From Armatimonadota bacterium (GTDB lineage Bacteria > Armatimonadota > UBA5829 > DTLH01), in the NCBI GenBank assembly GCA_038207085.1, contig JBBRAE010000054.1, positions 1-12,372 of the forward strand: 12,372 nucleotides of DNA, written 5' to 3'. Within the stretch, counting starts at the first letter, position 1; each line of letters opens with the position of its first letter. Made by a program: the position numbers and the translations under genes. This document shows, in pieces, positions 7,296 through 12,372 of this stretch. The notes below the pieces were generated by a model. It ran no database searches and was not told the origin of the DNA. It saw nothing but the letters and a program-made list of their open reading frames with translations.

Positions 7296-7324
7296 AGTAT
7301 AGTGCTGGTCAGGCAGGAAGTCAA
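7296..7324 (-). promoter_or_regulatory. Sigma70-type promoter for the beta-propeller gene
   Basis: Minus strand TTGACT-N17-TATACT. The -10 box is bracketed by the inverted repeat CTGACCAG (7288-7295) / CTGGTCAG (7305-7312). Confidence 0.65.
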
Positions 7325-7353
7325 GGGCAGTATTGACGCCGATTCCCGTGGCG

Positions 7354-7375
7354 CAGGGTCAGAGGCCCTGGGAAT
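7354..7375. repeat. Fifth REP-like unit
   Basis: GGGTCAGAGGCCCTGGGAAT (7356-7375) matches GGGTCAGAGACCCTGGGAAT (7208-7227) at 19 of 20 positions. Confidence 0.7.
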
Positions 7376-7437
7376 GTCTACTGGGTGGGGCTTAGCGAAG
7401 AGCTTGCCGAGAGAAAGCGCGGGGAGATTAACGGGTC

Positions 7438-7467
7438 TAGACGCCAGGCATAAACCTCGGCTATAAT
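7438..7467 (+). promoter_or_regulatory. Putative sigma70 promoter for the AKR-fold gene
   Basis: TAGACG-N18-TATAAT upstream of a GGAG RBS and the ATG at 7506. Confidence 0.5.
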
Positions 7468-7505
7468 GCAAACAGCAAGTGTTTGTTGCAATTGGAGAGT
7501 GTAAT

Positions 7506-8363
7506 ATGTCCGAATTTCCTCGCACTATGGTCGGCGGAGTCTCTATGCCTAGGCTCATCTGCGGCTCCAACTGGATGCTCGGGTACTCCCACACCAGCAG
7601 AGCTAAAGACCGGCTGATAAAAGACCTGTTTGACACCCCCAAGAAGATCGCGGACCTGGTCGAGGTCTTCGCACGCGCCGGGTGCAACGCGTTTATGTCC
7701 TGCACGGACCGCTTCGTTTCAGAGGCGCTTCGCGAGGTGGAACAGCGAACGGGCAGGGAGATGATCTGGATCACCACTCCTCACTACCACGAGTCCGGCA
7801 ACCCCGACTCGTGGAAAGAGTCGGTCGAGTTTGCAAAGAAGCTCGGGGCGACCTTCTGCTTTCCGCACCAGGCAATCACCGATCCGCTTATTGACCGAGT
7901 GACTTGCTCGATTGCCCCAAGGCTCAGCGAACACCTGAAAGACGTCCGTGACGCGGGGCTACTGCCTGGGCTGTCAACCCACATGCCCGAGTCGATCGTT
8001 TACGCCGACTCCTGCGAGTCCGACGTCGTCTCATACGTCCAGCCGTATAACTCAAGCGGATTTCTCTGTCAGGTGGAGGTGGACTGGATACAGCAGGTGA
8101 TTCAGAAAGCCCGTCACCCCGTCATGACGATAAAACCTCTCGCCGCAGGTAGAATTCTTCCGCCGGTGGGCATGCAGTTTGTCTGGAACACGATACGCGA
8201 CTGCGACATGGTGACCGTCGGCACGATGAGCACCTATGAGGCTGAAGAAATTATCGAGATAAGCCTTGCATGCCTCGAAAACCGCCGGGCGAACGTGGAT
8301 CTTCAACAGACACGGAGCAAGAGGAGTCTTGTGGGGCCGGAGGGATTGGGGACGAACTCTTAG
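7506..8363 (+). CDS. Uncharacterised aldo/keto-reductase-like TIM-barrel protein
   Basis: AKR-like N-terminus (PRTMVGGVSMPRLICGSN), GLSTH and MTIKPLAAGRI. The canonical DTAxxY segment is not evident. ATG at 7506 with a GGAG RBS is preferred over GTG at 7479. Confidence 0.7.
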   Translation: MSEFPRTMVGGVSMPRLICGSNWMLGYSHTSRAKDRLIKDLFDTPKKIADLVEVFARAGCNAFMSCTDRFVSEALREVEQRTGREMIWITTPHYHESGNPDSWKESVEFAKKLGATFCFPHQAITDPLIDRVTCSIAPRLSEHLKDVRDAGLLPGLSTHMPESIVYADSCESDVVSYVQPYNSSGFLCQVEVDWIQQVIQKARHPVMTIKPLAAGRILPPVGMQFVWNTIRDCDMVTVGTMSTYEAEEIIEISLACLENRRANVDLQQTRSKRSLVGPEGLGTNS

Positions 8364-8397
8364 CTGGCGGCTCTTACGGGCAGAACCTGAAAATATA

Positions 8398-8425
8398 CGT
8401 GCCTGGTCTCAGGCGACCAGGCACG
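8398..8425. terminator. 11-bp hairpin between convergent genes (REP-like unit or bidirectional terminator)
   Basis: CGTGCCTGGTC-tcaggc-GACCAGGCACG. It resembles the REP unit at 7143-7166 and has no U-tract. Confidence 0.5.
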
Positions 8426-8455
8426 GTTGGAACTTCAGATCAATAGTTGCGCTTG

Positions 8456-8848
8456 CTACGCTGCCATGTTCATCGGCGCGTCGAAGCCGCACTCCAGGAC
8501 ATCGAGCACGCCGGTGATGTCGCGGAGCTTGAAGGGTTTCATCATACAGACAAAACACCCGAGCTGGAGCGCCTCGTTGACGGCTCCGTCGCGGCTGTAG
8601 CCTGTGATCATAACCACGTGGGTATCTGGCTTGACCGCCTTTACCTTCTTCAATAGTTCGATCCCGTCCATCCCCGGCATCTGAATATCGACGAACGCTG
8701 CAAACACCTTTCGGTGCTTCAAAATATCGAGAGCCGCTTCACCTTTTTCGCAGACGATCACCTCATAGCCTCTGGCTTCGAGGACGTCACGAAACAGCTC
8801 GCGTATCTCCCTCTCGTCGTCCACTACCATTATCAGGTTCGTGTTCAC
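8456..8848 (-). CDS. Single-domain response regulator (receiver only)
   Basis: VVDDE, FVDIQMPGMDG (phospho-Asp), MITGY and MKPF are all intact. GGAGGA RBS before the GTG start. Confidence 0.92.
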   Translation of the reverse strand: MNTNLIMVVDDEREIRELFRDVLEARGYEVIVCEKGEAALDILKHRKVFAAFVDIQMPGMDGIELLKKVKAVKPDTHVVMITGYSRDGAVNEALQLGCFVCMMKPFKLRDITGVLDVLECGFDAPMNMAA

Positions 8849-10427
8849 TTGCTGAATCCTCCAATTGCCCCGTCTTGTCTTCCATAATCGGCAGGTCTAT
8901 TGTAAATATGGCCCCACTGCCGGGTTCGCCGCTTGCTTCTATTTTGCCACCGTGACTGTATATAAGCTTTGCGCTGATCGCAAGCCCGAGGCCTGTGCCT
9001 TCGGTCTCGTCTTTGGTGGTAAAGAACGGCTCGAATATCCGCTCAAGGTCTTCAGGTTTGATCCCTGGCCCGGTGTCGCGGAATCTTATAAATACTGATT
9101 TGTCGTTTTTCCAGGTGGAGACGGTGATAGTGCCGCCGGTCTTCATCGCCTGGCTTGCGTTGATCGCAATGTTCAGGAACACCTGCTGGAGCTGCCCCGG
9201 GTTGCCGAGCACCTGTGGAAGCTCGGTGTCGAGCGCTCGCATCAGGTTGATGTTCGACTTGGACATCTGCCGCTCGGTAAGCGCGAGTGTGCGCTCTATC
9301 ACTTCGTTTACGTCGATCGGCCGGAAGTCGAGCCCCTCATTGTTTCGCGAGAAACTAAGGAGGTTTCGCACTATTTCGGCGATTCTCTCGGTCATCGTGT
9401 GGACGACTTCAAGGTCTTTCTTGGCCGAATGGTTCTCTTCAAGCTTGTCGATGGCAAACTCGGTGCGCCCAAGGATAACCAAGAGCGGGTTGTTGATCTC
9501 GTGAGCGACGCCGCCTGCGATCTGGCCGATCGAGGCGAGTTTCTCCGACTGAACGAGCTCGGCCTGTGTCTTCTTTAGCTGATTCAGCGCTTCTTCAAGC
9601 TTTACGACTTGCTTTTGAAGGTCGTCATAGAGCTCGATCTTCTGAAGGACCATAGCAGCCTGACCGGCAAGCGTCGAGACAACCGACAGGTCCTGTTCGT
9701 CCCATTTCTCGCCGCCGTGCTTGTCTGAAACGTTGATGACCCCGCGGACTACGCCCTTCATCTTGATGGGGCAGATAATCGCGGAGCGGATTTCGTGGGT
9801 GCGTGTGGCAAACGGCGCGATACGGTCGTCGAGGTGATCGCTGTCGATTACAAGTGCTTCACCCTCGCTTGCGACCCTTCCAGCAAGCCCCTCGCCGAGC
9901 TTCACACGTGCATCCCGGATGACCTCTTCGCGAAGCCCCCGCGCCGCTGCGATTCTAAGCTCTCCTGCCTCAGGGTCAAGGAGCATAATCGATGCGGTCC
10001 GTGCGCCGACCACGTCTACGGCCATCTCAAGAGCGAGGTCGAGCGCTTTGGTGAGGTCGACCTGGTTAATTAGGTTCTCCGAGAGGAGCTTCAGGCGACT
10101 GAGCTGCTCGTGTTTGTCTGCGAGCTGCCTTGTCTGCAATCTGAAATCCTGGACGATGTTGCCGTTTGCCTCGGCGAGCTTGCATGAGGCCATCGAAAAA
10201 TAGATGCAAGCGATCCCCATCATAGCCACCAGAAACGGCTCGATCTCTATTGCCTTCCAGATGCTCTCGTCTCTGTAAAACAAGCCAAGCGCATGCACGG
10301 TAAGGCTGAGCCCTGATGTAATCAGAACCAGCGCAAGGCATGCGCCGTGTATGCGCTTGCTTCTTGATTCTGCTGCGCTGTCACAACAGCCCGCGTCCAG
10401 ACCTGGGCTGGTTTTGCGCCCTGTCAT
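8787..10427 (-). CDS. Membrane-anchored GAF-domain sensor histidine kinase (NtrB-like HisKA + HATPase)
   Basis: Two N-terminal TM helices, GAF (ASIMLLD...GEGLAGRV...GVINV), EKLASIGQIAGGVAHEINNPL, QVFLNIAINA, DTGPGI, FEPFFTTK and GTGLGL. Start overlaps the HD-GYP stop (ATGA). Confidence 0.95.
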   Translation of the reverse strand: MTGRKTSPGLDAGCCDSAAESRSKRIHGACLALVLITSGLSLTVHALGLFYRDESIWKAIEIEPFLVAMMGIACIYFSMASCKLAEANGNIVQDFRLQTRQLADKHEQLSRLKLLSENLINQVDLTKALDLALEMAVDVVGARTASIMLLDPEAGELRIAAARGLREEVIRDARVKLGEGLAGRVASEGEALVIDSDHLDDRIAPFATRTHEIRSAIICPIKMKGVVRGVINVSDKHGGEKWDEQDLSVVSTLAGQAAMVLQKIELYDDLQKQVVKLEEALNQLKKTQAELVQSEKLASIGQIAGGVAHEINNPLLVILGRTEFAIDKLEENHSAKKDLEVVHTMTERIAEIVRNLLSFSRNNEGLDFRPIDVNEVIERTLALTERQMSKSNINLMRALDTELPQVLGNPGQLQQVFLNIAINASQAMKTGGTITVSTWKNDKSVFIRFRDTGPGIKPEDLERIFEPFFTTKDETEGTGLGLAISAKLIYSHGGKIEASGEPGSGAIFTIDLPIMEDKTGQLEDSASEHEPDNGSGRREGDTRAVS

Positions 10428-11413
10428 GCTGCTTTCCTCTCGATTGCAGTCGATAGGACCGCTACCAGATGCTCGACTATCTGTGAGTCAAACTGTGTTC
10501 CGCAGTGGGAACGAAGCTCGCTTGTTGCCTGCTCGTGGCTCATTGCGTGCCTGTAGGGGCGCTCGCTCGTCATCGCTTCGTAAGCGTCGGAGATTGCCAG
10601 AATCCGCGCAAGAAGCGGGATCGCCTCTCCCTGGAGCCCATCCGGGTAACCGGTGCCATCGACGTGCTCGTGGTGATGGCGCGCGATTGTTGCGACCTCG
10701 CCAAGCTCAGGAACCGCCGAAAGAAACGCACCGCTTAGCGCCGGGTGCTTCAGCACGTCGACCCATTCCTCGTCAGTGAGGACGTCAGGCTTGCTTAGAA
10801 CAGCGTCCGGTGTGCCGATCTTGCCGACATCGTGAAGCTGCGCCGCAAGTTCAAGCGTCGCCATCTCCTGGGAGGAAAGCGACATGCGTTCACCCATCAT
10901 AAGACTGAGCTGAGTGACGCGGCCCGAGTGCTTGGATGCGTGCAGCGACTTTGCGTCGATCGCCGAAACGATCGCCCGGATCGCCTTGACGAGCACTTCC
11001 GCCCGGTCCGTAAGGATCCGCCTGGAAAGTGCGGCTCGGCGCTCCATGTTCTTGATGATCATATTGTGAATCTCGTCCGCTGTTGCTGCTTCGCTCACGA
11101 GGTCGCTTGCTCCACTTGAGAGAACCTTGGCTGCAAGTCCCGGCTCGAATTCACGCGCCGCCATAATCATGGTCATGTGAGGGTAAACGCGTATAACCGC
11201 GCGAGCAAGTTGCAGGCCGTTCATTCCCAATAGTTCCACTCCGGCGACCACGGCGTCGACTCGCCGCTGCTTCAGCACCATAAGCGCCGATTCACCGTCC
11301 GGAGCAGTCAGGACCTCGCAGCCATAACCTGTCAACCCAACTTTGATGTGCTGCCGCACTACAGGGTGCCCATAGACTACTAATACACTAAGCTTGTTGT
11401 TTATATTAATCAT
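10424..11413 (-). CDS. HD-GYP cyclic-dinucleotide phosphodiesterase with N-terminal degenerate receiver domain
   Basis: HSGRV, LHDVGKIG, HP, HHHEHVDGTGYPDGL, ARILAISDAY, RPYR and GTQFD. The N-terminal REC fold lacks the acidic pair, the phospho-Asp, the Thr and the Lys. Confidence 0.93.
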   Translation of the reverse strand: MININNKLSVLVVYGHPVVRQHIKVGLTGYGCEVLTAPDGESALMVLKQRRVDAVVAGVELLGMNGLQLARAVIRVYPHMTMIMAAREFEPGLAAKVLSSGASDLVSEAATADEIHNMIIKNMERRAALSRRILTDRAEVLVKAIRAIVSAIDAKSLHASKHSGRVTQLSLMMGERMSLSSQEMATLELAAQLHDVGKIGTPDAVLSKPDVLTDEEWVDVLKHPALSGAFLSAVPELGEVATIARHHHEHVDGTGYPDGLQGEAIPLLARILAISDAYEAMTSERPYRHAMSHEQATSELRSHCGTQFDSQIVEHLVAVLSTAIERKAA

Positions 11414-11571
11414 TGCATACTCCCGCCTGCTAATATTATTGGCAGGTAAAGGGTCACTCTTCAGCTTGTAAACGCTATTATCTGGGTAAATAATTCCACG
11501 TAGCAGAGCTGTTTTTGTGATAGGAGTAATAGAGCGTTTTGGTGATCGAAGTAAAGGAGTTCGAGAAGCTG

Positions 11572-12372
11572 ATGCAGGGAGTCGGAAACCTGCCCTGCGA
11601 GCTCGAACTGTTTCTTGTCGAAAGCTATGGTGAGGGGGCGGACCTGCACTACCAGCGGGCGCGCTATTCGATGGCCCTTGCGCGCTTTGTCGCGGCGTTT
11701 CCCGACATCAAACGGGTGTCGATCGCCCGCGCGCCGGCACGCCTGGACCTGATAGGTGAACACACCGATTACAACGGCCTCCCGGTGCTTTCGATGGCGA
11801 TCGAGCGTGATGTGGTCGTCCTCTATTCCCCCCGCAAAGACCGAAGAGTAAACGTCATCAACACAAGCTTCTGGTATCCGGCAAAAAGCTTCGAGATAGC
11901 CCGGCGCATTCGTCCCTACTCAGAGGGCAATTGGGGCAACTACGTGAAGCTCGCCGCCGATGTGGTTCGCTCTGCTGCTGTGGGTGACATAAAGGGCTTC
12001 GACGGCTGCGTTTTCGGTGATATCCCCTCACAGAGCGGCCTCGGAAGCTCGACCGCTCTTGTCACGGCGTGCGCGATGGCGATCCTTGGGGCAAATCATA
12101 TAGCTACGGAGCCCCGCGACCTCGCCGCGCGTATCTCCGCACGTGACGGCTCGACCGCAATCGCTACCGCCGCCGCAACGCTTGCCGAGCCTGGGAAAAC
12201 GCTCAAGATAGAGAGCCTGCCGCCTTCAACCCTTGCGATCGCACTTCCCCGGGACTATTCGTTCGTGGTCTGCAACAGCCTGATGGAAACCGCCTCAAAC
12301 GTCGCGAAAGTCGAGGCCTGCGAGTGCCGGGTTGCCGAGTGCCGTCTGGCTGTCGCTGTCCTAACCATGACC
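11572..12372 (+). CDS. Galactokinase-family (GHMP) protein, 3'-truncated by window edge, catalytic loop degenerate
   Basis: Manual translation is open to the window end: RAPARLDLIGEHTDYNGLPVLSMAI, WGNYVK, GDIPSQSGLGSSTAL, FVVCNS, RVAEC. Alternative in-frame starts at 11539 (TTG) and 11542 (GTG). Not in the ORF track. Confidence 0.88.
   Translation, partial: MQGVGNLPCELELFLVESYGEGADLHYQRARYSMALARFVAAFPDIKRVSIARAPARLDLIGEHTDYNGLPVLSMAIERDVVVLYSPRKDRRVNVINTSFWYPAKSFEIARRIRPYSEGNWGNYVKLAADVVRSAAVGDIKGFDGCVFGDIPSQSGLGSSTALVTACAMAILGANHIATEPRDLAARISARDGSTAIATAAATLAEPGKTLKIESLPPSTLAIALPRDYSFVVCNSLMETASNVAKVEACECRVAECRLAVAVLTMT

Noticed and set aside
7138..7375. Possible CRISPR array
   Set aside because: Units are only 13-24 bp, occur in both orientations and are irregularly spaced. 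The intervening sequences mirror each other instead of being unique spacers, and no cas genes are present.
7137..7777. ORFs 7137-7466 (+) and 7211-7777 (-)
   Set aside because: They span the repeat and promoter region or lie antisense to the AKR-fold gene, and show no protein-like features.
8787..8848. Frameshifted hybrid kinase (HK-REC fusion) suggested by the 62-bp overlap
   Set aside because: The receiver has its own strong GGAGGA RBS and GTG start, and no slippery sequence is evident. The overlap is more simply a low-complexity kinase tail.
11414..11571. c-di-GMP riboswitch upstream of the HD-GYP operon
   Set aside because: No GEMM-type GGCAAAC / GNRA tetraloop-receptor architecture is recognisable; only one short hairpin is present.
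11461..11763. 100-aa minus-strand ORF upstream of the HD-GYP gene
   Set aside because: Antisense to the galactokinase-like frame, which carries the recognisable motifs.

Overview
Bacterial chromosomal window, mostly GC-rich, with an AT-richer left end. The left end (1-362, minus strand) is the left part of an IS6-family insertion sequence: a zinc-finger transposase N-terminus missed by the ORF track, plus its terminal inverted repeat. The genes that follow are: a half-size ABC-2-type membrane protein and an ABC ATPase lacking both catalytic residues (minus); a divergent ribokinase rbsK and a secreted PHP-family metallohydrolase (plus); a GlsB/YeaQ/YmgE stress membrane protein and a tandem PRC-barrel protein with three ~40-aa repeats, behind a SigB/SigF-like promoter (minus); and a secreted TolB-like beta-propeller whose leader holds a REP/REPIN-like nested inverted repeat (minus). 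Next come an aldo/keto-reductase-fold protein (plus); a three-gene signalling operon of pseudo-receiver HD-GYP phosphodiesterase, GAF histidine kinase and single-domain receiver (minus); and a divergent galactokinase-like gene running off the right end, also missed by the ORF track. The main unusual signal is three open reading frames with targeted loss of catalytic residues: the galactokinase homologue has no GxMDQ catalytic loop, the ABC ATPase has no Walker-B Glu or switch His, and the receiver domain has no phospho-acceptor Asp. All calls come from reading motifs by eye; no database searches were run.
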